From the NCBI GenBank assembly GCA_965649765.1, contig OZ287753.1, positions 70,184,001-70,248,000 on the forward strand: 64,000 nucleotides of DNA, given 5' to 3'. The notes beneath the pieces were generated by a model, which saw only the letters and a program-made list of their open reading frames with translations, was not told where the DNA came from and ran no database searches. A program made the position numbers and the translations under genes. The DNA comes from Bispira polyomma (taxonomy: Eukaryota). Of the stretch, positions 1 to 14,135 are shown in pieces. Position 1 is the first letter of the stretch. Each line of letters opens with the position of its first letter.

Positions 1-1670
1 CAAACAAGCCAGGCTGTAAGTAGGTTAAATTAGTGCAACTTGTTTGGTAGCAATATTATTTTTAATGAAATGGCTTTCAACAACAATTGAAACCTATAAA
101 AACTGCTCAATACAAAATTGTGCTGTCAACTATGGAGTGTTTGCACCAGCTACACGTGTATATATACTACTTTTCTTAACTGTTTATTAACAATAATAGT
201 AAAACAGGATATAATTGTCTTTAATATTATTATAAAGACAGCACTGGGATAAGAGTAAACCTATCAAAAACAATGGTGGTACTTATCGGTGAAATTAAAA
301 GGAAAATAAATAAATTAACTTTCAGTGTGAAGCCTTTCAAAACACTGGATCTGGTTCTCTCATGATAAAACATGTTTAGATTAAATTTTCAAAACAAGTT
401 AAAATCAATAGAAATGGGTTTTTTTCTGTATATGGGGAAGTAGTCACCTTCATTAAAAGGAAAAGGAGTAAAAAGATTATTTTTTGGAAAAATTAGATAA
501 AATGCTATTCAACTGGAAAAAGAAAACCATCAAAAATCAAAAAATATTCTATCATAGCCAACTATTCAGATGGAGGTCTTAGAATGCCCAAAATCTTTAG
601 CGTACACATCTTGGCAAAAATAAATTCAGTAAAACGTTTACTTTCAAAAGAAAGGGAAAAAGAACATTGAAAAACATTGACATGGATCATGTTGAACATT
701 GAAAAAAATAAGATAAATAATAAATTACCTCCTTTCCATAAACATTTATTAGAGTGTTGATTTCTGATGAAAGGCAGACCTCTTATAACTGTAGATGAAA
801 TATATAGTGAACTGCTGTTTGACAACAAATATATATGTTCTAACAACAAGCCTTTAGATTATAAACTCTTCCACCTCCCTAAACACCTTGCAAACAACAT
901 AAGAGTACTTTAATTTCAGGCAGTTAGACAAAAGTTGAAAACAGAAACTTTAGCATACATAATTGTAATTATTTGCTCTGCAATTCCACCTGCATGGAAT
1001 CGAAAGATCAAAGGCAACCCATTAAGTACATATATAGAGGAAGAATCATGCATCAGAATAAAGAGTAAATTATAAGTATTAAACAGAAAGAACTGACGGC
1101 AATAAGTACATGGGTTCATTTATTCCTATTTCTAGAAGTCACTCCTTTGAAAATTATTATGGACAATATGTGAAAATTCTTTTTGGGGTACATCTGAATT
1201 AAAATTTAGATGAAAAAGATATGCCAGAATTTGGTAAAATTATTAATTTGCTTTTCATACTCGGCAAATTGTATATAAACCACAAACTGTAGAAGCACAG
1301 AAAAATACTTTGTATTTCCTGAATTTCTAAAAATATGTAAGAATAAATTACAAATATATAAATTGGCATGCATGACAGCAGGTCAAGGTATTGCAAGCAA
1401 ATTAAAAGAAGTAATTAAAAGTATGAAGTGGAATATACCTTGGATATTCAAAGCGTAAATATTTAAACAGTCATCTTCATAGAAATTATAGAAGAATAGT
1501 AAAGTATATAGTAATTTTATGATATATTTTTAAAGGATAAAGTGAAATTACTATAGTATAATATTAAAACGTATCATCTTTAGTGTAATGTATCTATTTA
1601 GTGTAATATTAAAATGTGCCTTTAATATTTTGGTATTATATCTTGTAATTGTTATATGTCAAAAAAAAAT
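1..1670 (+). mobile_element. Decayed L1/Tx1-type LINE, RT and C-terminal region, lying upstream of the first visible SLC5 exon (probably intronic)
   Basis: Broken frames give L1 ORF2-like motifs: SLKGK near 450 and FNWKKK...DGGLRMPK near 510-590. A-rich tail near 1660. Many stops and frameshifts; boundaries approximate. Confidence 0.6.
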
Positions 1671-1918
1671 TAAAAATATATAAATGATTAATTATTTACT
1701 TATTATTTGACTGATCAACTTAATTGTGTTCCACAATTAAATTAAATAGCATGAAATATAAAACTAATGAACAAAGTACAGACGTTATTGCTCACTGGTC
1801 CAATTAAGAAATTCCTAGTTATGATTATAATGTAGGATTGAGTGGTCTCTGTTTCTGCCTTATATTATGTCTGGATATGTGGGTTGGGTCTTATTATGAC
1901 TATATATGTATCAAACAG

Positions 1919-4900
1919 CTCTGTTGGATTGAGTGGTCTCTGTTTCTGCCTTATAATATCCCTGGCTATGTGTGTTGGGGCTGTAGTGTTTGCTCACTAC
2001 TCACAGCTGGGATGTGGGCCCTTGGAAGCTGGAGTCATATCTACTGCAAACCAGGTAATACTACAGATTTTTTTGTGACTTGTATTCCAATTTTATTATG
2101 GGATTGATATTCATTCTACTATCTGATTAGTTTTGAACCATATACCTTCGTACAGGTTAGGGGTCACTGGGTGCATGCGATGCATTGGATGGGTAAAGCG
2201 CGCCCCCTTATCTTGCATACAATAGTCAATTTGTATTGCAATTAATCTAAATGTTCCTTGTTTCAACATACAGTACTTGTATATCCAATAGTTAATACAA
2301 CCATACCTAGGTTGTGTACACCTTAATTGCATGTACAAAGAATGTTCAAGAAATATACACTGTAAAAAGGTCACATCAGAGAGTTAGAATAACTTTAACT
2401 TAAGCATATTATATATTGGAAATTTAATTACTTCTTTTGTGCTATTGCGCCTTAGACTCCCTTCCGTTAAGGGGAGATTAAGCGCCATATAAGTCTAATT
2501 ACAATTACAATATTTTAAATGCTCTATTACTTTACTACTGACACACTTGTTCCAGAAAGAAAACGACACTATGTGGTTCTTCACTACATATAAATATGAT
2601 ATTACTATAACATTGTGTAGATTAGAAAAAGAAACTGATGTTGGCGAAAGATGTTACTTGTAGACATGCACATCAAAGGCCCCTTTCCACATAGGCTGAT
2701 TGGCTTGGCAACAATTTGCGACATGAAAATTTGTGTTATCGCAAAAGGTTCTCCCCATTATCTCCTTAATGTCTCCAGAGTTTCATTTGGTGTCTCCTTA
2801 CTGTCTCTATAATCATCTCTGCTTGAAAATGTTCAAATGGCTTTTGTCTCATCTTTTTCTTTAAAGTCGCTTTGCTGTTGTGTCATTGTCTTTTATTTTT
2901 ACCAAACCAATTTAAGTAGGTGATAGTAAGGTGACCGTTAGCAACAAACGAAAGACATTTGTCATCATTTGTCATCTGTCTCCCTTGTCATCCTTGTCTC
3001 AATGCTGTCTCACTGTGGTCCTATCGCTGTCTCATCTGAGTATCTTAGGTATCGTCATGCTGTCTCATCAATGGCGTTGGGAGGCCACCTTCGGTTTTTG
3101 TCCAGGTGACTGCACACTAACACTATTGACAACAACTTTCATGCAGTTCTGTTGCCTATGTGGGAGGCCTGCTTAAGTTTATTTTATTATGTCTGTTTCA
3201 GATCATACCATATTATGTGATGACAGAGTTAAACTACCCTGGACTACCTGGCCTCTTTATTTCTGCAATATTAGCAAGTTCTCTCAGGTATGGGTATACT
3301 TTATTAACTATTAGTTAACATATAGAACAATTCAATCGGAAAGCCATATCATAATTGTATAAAATTTACTTTTCACTTACTATCTAATTCTTTGGTACAA
3401 CATGACAAGGCATCCAAGGTTTATGTCTGTAGTTATGTGTGTACTTGGAGTGTTTGGCAACACCCAGAAATGACTACATTTCCTTTTCACTCAGAAACTA
3501 TTGCTTTCTAGGGTTTTGGGTAGAATAAGTTGTTTTGCTATCTTTTGATTTCAACCACATGGTAAAGTTTCATTAGTAGCACTTGTTATTTTTCTCTGGC
3601 TAATAGCTACCTTTTGAAATATACATTTGAGCCTTAAAGCTCGGAAAAAGATAACAAATTGGTTGACCATATGTCAAACGTATCATGGTCCGTACCAAGA
3701 TGGTCCAGCTTCAGTTCCAGTGGATATGATGTCACATTGTTGAACTAGGTTTTTTTTATTATGTGTGGCTAAATTTTTTCAGATTCTTTACCCATTTTGT
3801 AATTAAATTTTAAATGTACATTTTTTCAATTGTCTTTTCTTCCAGTACAATCTCTTCAGTTCAGAATGCATTATCAGCAGTTGTTTGGAAGGATCTTCTT
3901 GCACCATGTATGCCCAACATGTCAGAGTTCAGGCAAACTTTATTGTTGAAGTTTGTAGGTAAGGTATACTTGATTCCATATTAATATTACAATGTTAATT
4001 TAATCTATCTATTTCTTTTTTTGCTAGCACTGTATTTACCTCACAATGAGGGGTTCAAAACCTTTCTAAAATATAGAACCATAGTCCTTAGGTAAAGCTT
4101 GAATGGTTCTAATATCTAAAGGAATATAACAGAACGATAACTGGCAGGATGTACCTGACATAACTTACCCAATTTGTAATATTTTATAGGAATGGATAAT
4201 CTAAATCTTATCAAGACTCAAATAGTATTCTTATTTAGGATTTAATGTGTAGAAAACTAATATTTTGATATACAATACTCTATACTGGTCTTAGGGGCCT
4301 GGGTTTGCACAGTGCTTATGCACTCGCCTCCCACCTCTCTACATCTGGTATGAATCTCGGCTGGGGTTTTAAGTGGCAAGATTTGGCATTTACTTACCGA
4401 TAGTCAAGGGTTTACAGTATAGAATTTTGACCAACTAGTATACACTAGTTTCCTCCAGCACTGAAACTGCCTTGTCGTGATATGACCTATACAATATGTT
4501 GAAAGTGACATTGCAACCCAAATGTATAATAGTCTTATGTGTTTACATCAGCTGCTGTGCTGGGAGTGCTAATCACTTTCATGGCTCTGGGTTTTATGAT
4601 GATGAGTGGTACTCTGTTAGAGTTGACTGCATCCACTGCTAGTGTCCTCACAGCGCCTATGTCTGGGATATTTGTACTGGCAGCCTTCTTTCCATGGGTG
4701 GGAATTCATGTGAGTTAAGTGTACGAAAGCATTAGCCTTATAAATTTGGACTTTAGTACCTATTAAACCTACTGAATGACTCACTACATCACCCTTGTTG
4801 TTTGTTTATATTATACCTCAGCAGAGAAGCTAACATTTAAATGGCCTGTGCTATCATGCCTTTCTTTCGAAAAAGTTTAAAAAATTAAATATTTGTAAAA

Positions 4901-7900
4901 AATTGTAAAAATCAAAAATTTAACTTTAAAAAATTGGAAAAATTTAAAACTTTTAGGAAATTTAAAGTGTCATCAATATTATTCTGAATTTAACATTTAA
5001 AAAATAAACAATTAACTAAAAACCATCAAGCCAATTTCCTGACCTTAGGTTATTCTAAATGCCTATAGTGTCCGCCAAAACATGTTCTAAACAGTAAATA
5101 TTAAAACTTGATGTCGAAAAGCAGTGTAATGAATTGACATGTACAAATTTTTACCTGTTTTCCTGAAGCATTTGTGTATCTTGGCAGCTAAGCTAATGTT
5201 CTTAATTATTTAAAAATGAAAATGTATGCAATTGTGTTGATGTTTACATGTTTTCTTATACGTCAATACTTTGTGCTTGAATGTGTTTAGTAGTCATGGT
5301 AATAACAAATATCCAATAAACTCACAGTAAAGTAAATTTATATACACTCAAAGATCGTGTTTTGACTAGTTGAAGTAGTACCAGCCATATTGTGCACCCC
5401 TTAATCCATATTGTTAAGGGTGTAAAATATGGCAGCTATAAAAAACACCCCATTACTAACCCTACCCCGGGATTGTATTTTACTGTTTATCTTCTTAGCA
5501 CATACCACATTTTATAATATTTCCAAAATTATGTATGTTACTTTCAGGCAGGGCTGATAGGTTGGATCTGTAGTACTGCTTTCTGTATGTGGCTATCACT
5601 GGGAAAACTCATCTATGGCCCAGAATGGGACAAACCAGACCTGGTGACAGCCAGATGTCCCAATACACTACAAAACATGAATCTGACTGACTATTATACA
5701 ACATCAAGTACAGAGTACTGGACAGCCACACAAACCACTGATACAACTGACAGGTAACAGGGTTATTAGTTTGGCTCATATCCAGAACTAAGGTCAAGTC
5801 CACATTACCAATTACAAGAAATTTTGAAAAACATGAAGTACAATTGCTTAGAATCAACTAGAAGGGGCTGTGGTGGCCTGGTAGTTAGAAGTGTTATAGT
5901 CAGGATTAATTATTTCTCACCAATGTGAGTTTGAATCCCAGTTTTTCATTCATGTGTACAAGATTTTCAAGTACTTGCCATAGACCATTGGTTGACATTG
6001 TGTCAGCTCTGGTTTACTCTACTGTAAAATCTAACTAGTGTGATATAAATGATTATATCTGTTTTCGTTAGCACCAACATCAAATTCAAAATTAATATAC
6101 AATCGAGAACAACTAAAAGTATTTTTATGTTACTGAATTATATGGTGGTACACTCATCTTCCTGCTGTTGTGGGATTGACCTTAGTGTATATGTGGAAGA
6201 GTAGCAGTAGACTTGCTGAAGGCTGGTGGTTTGCAGATCAGAAAACTTTGACCAACTACCCTGTTCGAATTTCCTCCACCAGTGAACTGGTGCCTGACTT
6301 GACATGACACAAGACGTGTTAAAAGCAACATATCTCAGATAATAAGGTTTTTTTTATTTCTGTATATATGTTGGGTGTTAACTAGTGCAGACAGGAAAAT
6401 CTTGAGACAAGACAGAAGGTTTATGACCTTTCATATAATATCTGTATTATAATATCATTAATATTCTCTAGCTGTAAATGTGGATTCAAATAATCTTGTT
6501 TGCTTTGCAAAACCATCTCAACACAGTTTTTTGCTACCATTTTGGCACATTTTAAAGTTTTGTGGTAGTTTATAATCTAATACTCCAATATTTGAATCCA
6601 TTTTTTTTAGCTACTTATGCACTTAACTAGTGATTTCTTAAATCCTTCTTTATAGTGCTTTTCAGACCGATCCTTGGTGTTATTATCCTAGTTTCATGTT
6701 GAGTTTTTTAATACAATAAACTACAATACAAGCCATTTTCTTATTATCACATGAAATAGATTGTTATTAAATTCTCATACCTATTTTAAGTATAGACAAA
6801 GCAGCAGAGTGAATATAATTAGCATATAATATGCATGTTGTACAAGTTGCAACTGGTATAGGTCCAAATTTTGTACCAGGTACAACTTATACATTTTTGT
6901 TTGTACAGGTTGCAACTTCTACAAGCAATTTTTACAAGTATTAACTTGTGCACAAGAACTTTCACAAATCATTTTCTTTTTCATTGCAGCCATTCTACCT
7001 TTGTGTTGTATTCCATCTCTCATTACTGCTACTATAGTTTTGGAATAATAATTACAATTATTGTGGCTGTCTCCTTAAGTGTCTTCCCAGGTAAGTGTGT
7101 GTGTATTATTACTGGCTTTCTTTATACTGATAAAATTATCCTCATGTCAAAGAACCTTAGTTTGATCAGAATTCTCTATATTGGTATTTAAGAAGACTCA
7201 GAATATACTCAATATATATGTCTACACCCAAGCTCTGGAATAAGCTTTGTACAAACATTAGAGCACGGTGTAATTTCTTAGTTTTTAGAAGTAAAAATAT
7301 CCTCAATATTAAATTTTAGTTCTCAAGCAATTTGATTGGCTGAAAATTTTTTTTTTAATCTGATTGGCTAAGACTAAGGAAAATTCTAAGAATTGCATTC
7401 TATGAATGTTTCTAAATATGGCAAGCAAACCACTTGAATGACAAGCTGGGTAAGAGTTAGGATTTTGTATTATGATCTGACTGTCAATGATGCTGTTGTA
7501 CTTTAAAGTTCCTTTGTTGTACATAGATAAATAATTCACAAGTAACTTGCACAATTTATAGATTTCTCACATGTATAAGTTTTATTTATTATACTTTTTA
7601 GGCAAACTATTATAATGAGTTGAAATTTTTTTTGTTTTCTTTTTTAAGCTTTAAAAAATGAATTTCATAAAGATATGTTTCCATCTACAAGACTTATATT
7701 TGATTTATTTTACACTACAACTAAACATGTCAAAGAAAACAAGTAATAATATATATTATTTATAATAATAATTATATAAAATATAATATTTTAATTATTG
7801 GATTTTGTGCTGTTTACTCAAGCTTTCAGACAGAAGAAGCCATTTGACCCCAAGCTTGTGGTACCTTTTATGAGACGTCATGTGAAGTGGTCACAATGGA

Positions 7901-8034
7901 GTATTGATACCAAAGATTTGAATGTGAAGCTGGGAGTTACTATTGTTCCACTGGTGGACAGCAAGTCAGCAACTAAAGGTTTCACACAGAGTGTAGATGA
8001 GTTTTACATTGGAGATAAAGACTTGTTTGTATAG
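1919..8034 (+). CDS. SLC5 sodium:solute symporter (SMCT/NIS/SMVT-like), last 7 exons: 1919-2054, 3202-3287, 3846-3958, 4552-4709, 5548-5753, 6990-7090, 7823-8034; 5' exons lie outside the window
   Basis: All introns are GT-AG with consistent phases. Spliced translation gives FAHYSQLGCGPLEAGVISTANQ / IIPYYVMTELNYPGLPGLFISAILASSLS / TISSVQNALSAVVWKDLL / PMSGIFVLAAFFPW / LYSISHYCYYSFG / DPKLVVPF, typical of the SLC5A5/6/8/12 subfamily. Confidence 0.9.
2678..3170. mobile_element. MITE, PIF/Harbinger-like
   Basis: Imperfect terminal inverted repeats aggcccctttccacataggc ... gcctatgtgggaggcct; non-coding interior. Confidence 0.55.
4294..4524 (+). mobile_element. tRNA-derived SINE
   Basis: ggggcc head with degenerate A/B boxes and tttcctccagcac core. 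Near-TSD tatactggtctta (4281-4293) / tataatagtctta (4525-4537). Related decayed pieces at ~5864-6090, ~6140-6340 and ~12470-12610. Confidence 0.65.
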
Positions 8035-8864
8035 AGTACTGCAACTTGTGGATGTTTTATACAGAAACTTATTGTAATGGTCCAGATAGTTTAGCTGTTT
8101 TGTTTGGACACATGCAGAAATATTACCCACATCAGTAAAAGCCAGGCTGCTAGATGCTAGACTATTATTATCGATTTTTTTTACTATGATGCACTCCCTG
8201 AGCTGCATATTGCACAATGTACTCATACTATTACATACCACACCTTCAAATAAGAACTGACTTCAGTTCTGTATACACTACAGCTACTGCACTTGCTTGA
8301 CTTTGCTGAGAAGTGTGTGTGGCACTCCAACCACTCATCTCTACCATCCAATGGTCTAGATAGTTTCGCTGCTTTGTTTAGACACAGCCATACAGTTTAC
8401 CCACATTAGTAAAAAGCCAGGCTTACTAGCAAGGTATTTGAACAAGTCCTGCTAGATGTTAGCCTACGCTTCCTTTCAAACAATGTCGACGTCGGCCGAT
8501 TTATTAACATCCCAGCCAATCCAACTTCAGCCGATGTATTTCTTTCTTACATATACTCAATCTTCTTTGGATGTTGACGTTAAAAATGGTAGGAGAAAGA
8601 TTTTGTTTTGGCTGATATATTTCCAGTTAAATCATATCATTTTTCAGCACAAATATGTATAAATTCTTACATATCAAATATTATTGTTCCTAAAGATTAG
8701 TTAATCCAATCTAGTTGGAATCTGTCAGATGGAAATAAACATAGAGAGTGACAAATCTATATATTATAAATATTATTGATCTTAAAGTTTGAAATATAAA
8801 AACAATATATAAAATGCTATAAATCTTTTCCGCCAATCAGATTTGACTTAAAACCTCTTGCTAG

Positions 8865-9065
8865 AGGTCATATGGCCATGATGATAAATATTGACCTTCA
8901 TATCTCATAAATTATTGTTCCAACAATTGTTTAAGGTCATATTGTCATGTTGATTATTTATTGACCTTCATATCTCAGATATTATTGCTCCAACAATTTT
9001 TTAAGGTCATATGGCTATGATGATATTTATTGACCTTCATATCTCACATTGTATTAGTCCAACAA
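8865..9065. repeat. Short tandem repeat, ~69-bp unit x3
   Basis: Repeated aggtcatat...tattgaccttcatatctca...attattgttccaacaa units. Confidence 0.7.
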
Positions 9066-11519
9066 CTGCAAAATATCAAATATACATCATGTGTATGATC
9101 AGAGATACCAAAACCTAACCAAAGGTGGAAATTGTTGTATTTGCATATTTTTTTTTTATTGGTTTTAGATCTTTGGAGTATATGGCCCCAGGTCTTGGTC
9201 ATGTGTGGGTATTTACTGTTACCATTCTCGGCTCCCACAGACTAGTGATTAGGGAGTTGGTCTAGTGAACAGAAGGTCACCAGTTTGACTCACATTTCGG
9301 GAGTTGGTCTGGTGATCAGACTCCAGCTAATGATGCTAGGTTAATTAGTGGGAGAACATCCTGGTAAACATGGCATTGCCCACTGATGACGACCCAGGCT
9401 ATGTTGTAGGACTTTCTCTTTTGGAGAAGGTGTGCACTTTAGACGATGATATATAAATATGGCAGGATATAAATGATAATTATAATAATATGCAGAGAGT
9501 GTCAATGGTGTTGTTTCATCATTAGTTTAACATGCACTGCATATTTTAAATAGCAAAATATTATTCCTCTGAATATTATCACATGATCAATTAGTATCCA
9601 TGCCCTCACCCGAGTAATCCACCCCTACTCAAAGAGAACTTAAAAACAAACTTGTGACCTTGATATTAATTGACTGTAATTACTTATCAATCATTTATCC
9701 ATCATTTCCTACATCCAACCATTAGTAGTGTGCTAAGTCTCTTTTGGTTTGGGTGTTGGTATAATAGTATAAGCTATCTACAAATTATACCTGTTTTGAA
9801 GAAAAAAAATTAAAGCACTGTTATGAGACATAGTATTCTCAACAGTTTGGGTTATTATGGTCTTATTATTGAAAATAACAAAAATTTCTTCTGCTGTTCT
9901 GCTGTAAACTTAAAAAGAGGCTTGCCACTGCTGGGATTCTATCTAGGGTTGTCATGGATCTTGAGTTTAATAATCCAGTACACTAACAGTTGAGCTGAAG
10001 GGAAAACTCCTGTTTCCTAAACCTGAGAGTGTTTAATGTGCTGATATACATGGATATTACATGCCACTCTCTCACGAAGACCTGACCTCAGGTCTTATAC
10101 TACCACTATATTAACTTTACGAACTCACTTGGCTTATGAGAGAAGGCTCTTACCACTGAACTCTACCATGTAAACCACAGAAATTACTTAGCTCTGCTGT
10201 AAACTTATAAAGAGGCTTGCAACTGCTGGGATTGGATCCTAGGTTGTCATAGATATTGATATTAATAGTCCAGTACACTAACAGTTGAGCTAAAGGGGAA
10301 ACCCCAGAAGCCAGAGTGTTTAATGCGCTGATATACACAGATACTATATTATTCCCACGACAGTGTTGCTTTTACAGAGATTCATTGTAGTTGTGATAAC
10401 TCATTCACCAAAAGTTGTATATAGCCAAGTATGGGTTATAGACATCAGTTTATGATCTTAAAAATAGATTTAAAACATCTAATATTGGCCATATTTATAA
10501 CTTCAGGTTGTTCACAAACAATACCTGGAGCTATTTAATGATTTATTCATAGATTACATATATGCACATCATTTGGAGCATATTTGAGCTTATATTACAG
10601 TTACTAATGTGTGTAAATCATTCTGATTGGCTCAAAGGTGTCAATTAGAGTCTTTGATAGTCAGGGACTTGACCTTGATAATTATCCACGGAATGAGTAT
10701 AATATTTTATCAGTGTCTGTATAGTTATACTGAACAAACAACTTATTTATAACTATTTTAGAAAAAAAATAATTAAAAACACTGTTATGAGACGACTAAT
10801 TTTTTAAACACCTTGTGTGACACAGTTGTGTACAAGACACAGTTTTCATTGTTTGATAAAGTAGCATCTTGCTTGTGTATGTAACATTCTTCCCTTTACT
10901 AAAAGCAAGCTCAATTGTGAGTTTCATTGGGTCCATATTGCCACTAAATGCAGATACATATATTGTGTATTGCAACGACAACACTTCAATACAGAGACTA
11001 GTACTTCCCACTTACAAGATCACCTAGTAGAGCACAAACCTCCACCATTAGGTACATACATCGAAAGTTGTGCTTTAGCTACACATCCAGGCGGCAACCA
11101 TGTGATGGTATATCAAAAAGTAGATGAATAACTGACTTTATCCAGATCTGTGCTGATTTTTATCATTGGACCATGCCGTAGCACTTCGCAAAGTTTAGTA
11201 TAAATTGGTTAAGTAGATTTTTTGTGTTAATCCTGTTAAACAAACAAATCAACAAACAAAAAAGAGCAAAATTTAGTGGCCAATTTTGTGTGTTCATTCA
11301 TGTCATGGAGACATTCAGACATTTCCGTTCTGTAGTTTTTGTGTTGGTTCTTATCATGGCGATATTCAGACATACCGGTTCAGTAGTTTTTTTGTGTTCA
11401 ATCCTGTTATCAAGCAACACACAAGTCGACAAACAGACAGGGCTGAATACATAATACCTCCTTTGCAGAGAGGTTAAACATGGTGGACAAAATTCTCCTA
11501 TTTACACCTTTGCATTCAT

Positions 11520-12290
11520 GGTTACAGTGGAAGTATTCAGATGGGTCACATTGGCTGTGGTCTCTTCACCGTTCCTGTTGTTGATCTCTTGATATGTTTT
11601 CTTCGATTTACTCGGCAGTTAGTTCAGCTGGTCTCTGAATATCCTCCCCCTCAGGGTGTCCAAAAAGAAATTGATAGCAAAGCCCATGATGTACAGGACA
11701 CTGGTGTAGTTCTTGGTAATTGTCAGCGTAGACTCGGAGATTATTTCATTCCCACAATGCATCACGGACCGTATGAAGAAATGGATGAGTGCCGGAAATT
11801 AAAATTTGACATAGCTGGAGGAAACTAGTAGGAGTAATATTGTCAGTTGGAAATGCCGTTCATCTTTACTCTTAATTACTCAGCACACTTTGTTGCTCCC
11901 GACCAGAGAGGAGGCCCTCAGACTTAACTTTACTATAATTTTCCAGTTTAACATTGCAAAAATCGGCAAAATTCTGAACAGCACTGATTCAGTGATGTAG
12001 TGTATAGAGAAAATCTTTGAGTAGCCAGGCGTAGGTGTTGCACATGTTACGGAAGCAGATGGCAAAGTAACAGGCTAGAAACTTCTCTATGGGGAAGGCC
12101 AGGATGAGGCAGGTGCAGTAGTCAGAGAAGTGATCCGAGAGGAACTGAAGGGTGTTGCAGTCCAAGGAGTGTTACTGACGTCTCCATGACATGTTAGTGT
12201 CAGAATGCAACTTTCAGCCGCTTCATTTATGCCACGTTCATTCTTCCGATTGCAAGAATACCCATGTAAGTATGTATAAATGGGCATGAT
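11520..12290 (-). pseudogene. Intronless class A (rhodopsin-like, peptide-receptor type) GPCR pseudogene
   Basis: Minus-strand fragments: TM3 DCNTLQFLSDHFSDYCTCLILAFPIEKFLACYF; TM5 ESVLFRILPIFAMLNWKIIVKL; TM6 QLTILLLLVSSSYV; TM7 LYIMGFAINFFLDTLRGRIFRDQL. In-frame stops, frameshifts, TM4 region apparently deleted. Confidence 0.75.
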
Positions 12291-12636
12291 ACTGAACTAA
12301 TGTAAGCTTAAACTAAGTTTAATTAAGTTTACCATAACTACTGGGGTAATATTTAAATGCGCCAAAACAAATTGTATCAAAGTCTAGTCAATAAAGGTTC
12401 ACAGTAAAAACTAGGAGTCATCAGCTCCTACCTCTATGATTTTGGTACGAATTATGATTGAGGCTTAAAATGGAAAAGTTGGCACTTCCTTGCCAATGGT
12501 CACTGGTTTAAAGTATATAATCTTGACCACTTAGTATACACTGCTTTTTTCCAGCACTAAAACTGTCTGATGAGTTATATAATGTGTTGAAAGTGATGTT
12601 AAATCTCAAATCAAACACCAAGTCACAGTCACTGTT

Positions 12637-12837
12637 AGTAGTAGTATGTGGGGGGATATACCCCGGGTATTTGAGCCCAATTTGAGCCCAATTCTATCTA
12701 CTTGTGCACAAATTTGAAAAGCTCGCTCAAAAACCTGACTCTTTAAAACTTTTTGCCCTCTTTTAGTGAATATTATGTTTTTTACTTTTTAAGAATACAT
12801 TATGATTTTGGGACTACCACCTTCTTCTAAAAACATC
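12637..12837 (+). repeat. Maverick left TIR
   Basis: Reverse complement of 27489-27687; shared blocks include ggtatttgagcccaatttgagcc, gctcaaaaacctga, tttttgccctctt and actaccaccttcttc. Confidence 0.88.
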
Positions 12838-13043
12838 GGGGTTGTTTTAGAACAGCATTGTAACAGAAGGTTTTTGACATTTCTAATCTATTCATATTTT
12901 AACTATTTGTCACCATTCACTGTGGGGGTTATACGCTAGTAATTTGTCAACTTATTTTTGTCCACACTGACTTATATACTGACTAATTGTTTGGTCTCTG
13001 AGTCATTATACTGAGACATTATTTGTATTTACCTCACCTCACA

Positions 13044-13260
13044 GCAATGACAAACAATTAGTCACTCTGCTCTCACTGCTGATGAAGTCTTTTACTAAAA
13101 CCCTAAACAATTAGCAATGACAAACAATTAGTCACTACAATGACAAACAATTAGTCACTATAATGACAAACAATTAGTCACTACAATGACAAACAATTAG
13201 TTACTACAATGTCACTGCTGATGCAGTCTCTTACTAATAGCCTAAACAATGACTCACTAT
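13044..13260. repeat. Subterminal 23-bp tandem array (caatgacaaacaattagtcacta) in the Maverick
   Basis: Four tandem copies at 13115-13207, another copy at 13045, and an inverted partial copy near 12980. Confidence 0.85.
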
Positions 13261-14135
13261 GTCACTGTTTCTCAGAATCAAATTAATTATTATGGTTCAC
13301 CAATAATAAGATAAGCTTTCTCACCGTATTTTTAATAAAATTTTTATCCTCAGTAATTCTCGCATTATTAATAAATAATCGGCATAATAATAATGACCTG
13401 AACCAGGAAGTAAAGTGGGGTAACCTTTTTAATCTTAAATATTTCAGTCGTTTCTCAAGAGATTTTGATACACGAAAAAGCACAGTAATCACAATAAGAT
13501 GAGTCTTCAAACCACAATTTAACTAGAAGCAAAAAGTTGAACCCAACGGCAGGCGAACTCACGCACTATGACATTCTATAAGAATAAAACCTCACACTCT
13601 TCAGATTCAAAGTTTTTCACTTTAACCAGTACACCATGGCACAGGTAGCAATTAGAGGAAGTTCCTTTAATTCCATAATAACTGTGTAGTACATCTATTT
13701 ACTGAGTCACAATATTATTTTATTTTCTTCTTTAAACTGAATAGTATATGTATGTATATGTAATCTGTTTCTCATACACTGTCCAAAAAGCTATTCTTAT
13801 CATTAACATAATTTTAGATAGAATAGCTCAAAAAGTCAATATTTAGTACATCCAGATTTCTTTCTGATGTTATTTCTACAACTAATGCATCAATAGATGT
13901 AGGAGAATTCAACCACAAACCACCACTACCACCACCACCATGTCGATTACTAAGAGTCCTTAAACAATTTCCAGTTTCATTAAAGAGACTGCCACCACTG
14001 CCATGTCGCTTACTAACAGTATATAAACAATTTTCAGTTTTGCTAAATACACCACCACCCGTCTCAGACCTCAATAAATAAGCTGTACACCACCACAGAC
14101 TACTTCATCTCAACATTTTTATTCAATGTATCAGT

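Noticed and set aside
11541-11828. Plus-strand 95-aa ORF as a gene
   Set aside because: Antisense shadow of the GPCR pseudogene.
13814-14074. Gly-rich minus-strand ORF as a core protein
   Set aside because: It is the antisense reading of ccacca-rich duplicates of the plus-strand ZnF-linker segment.
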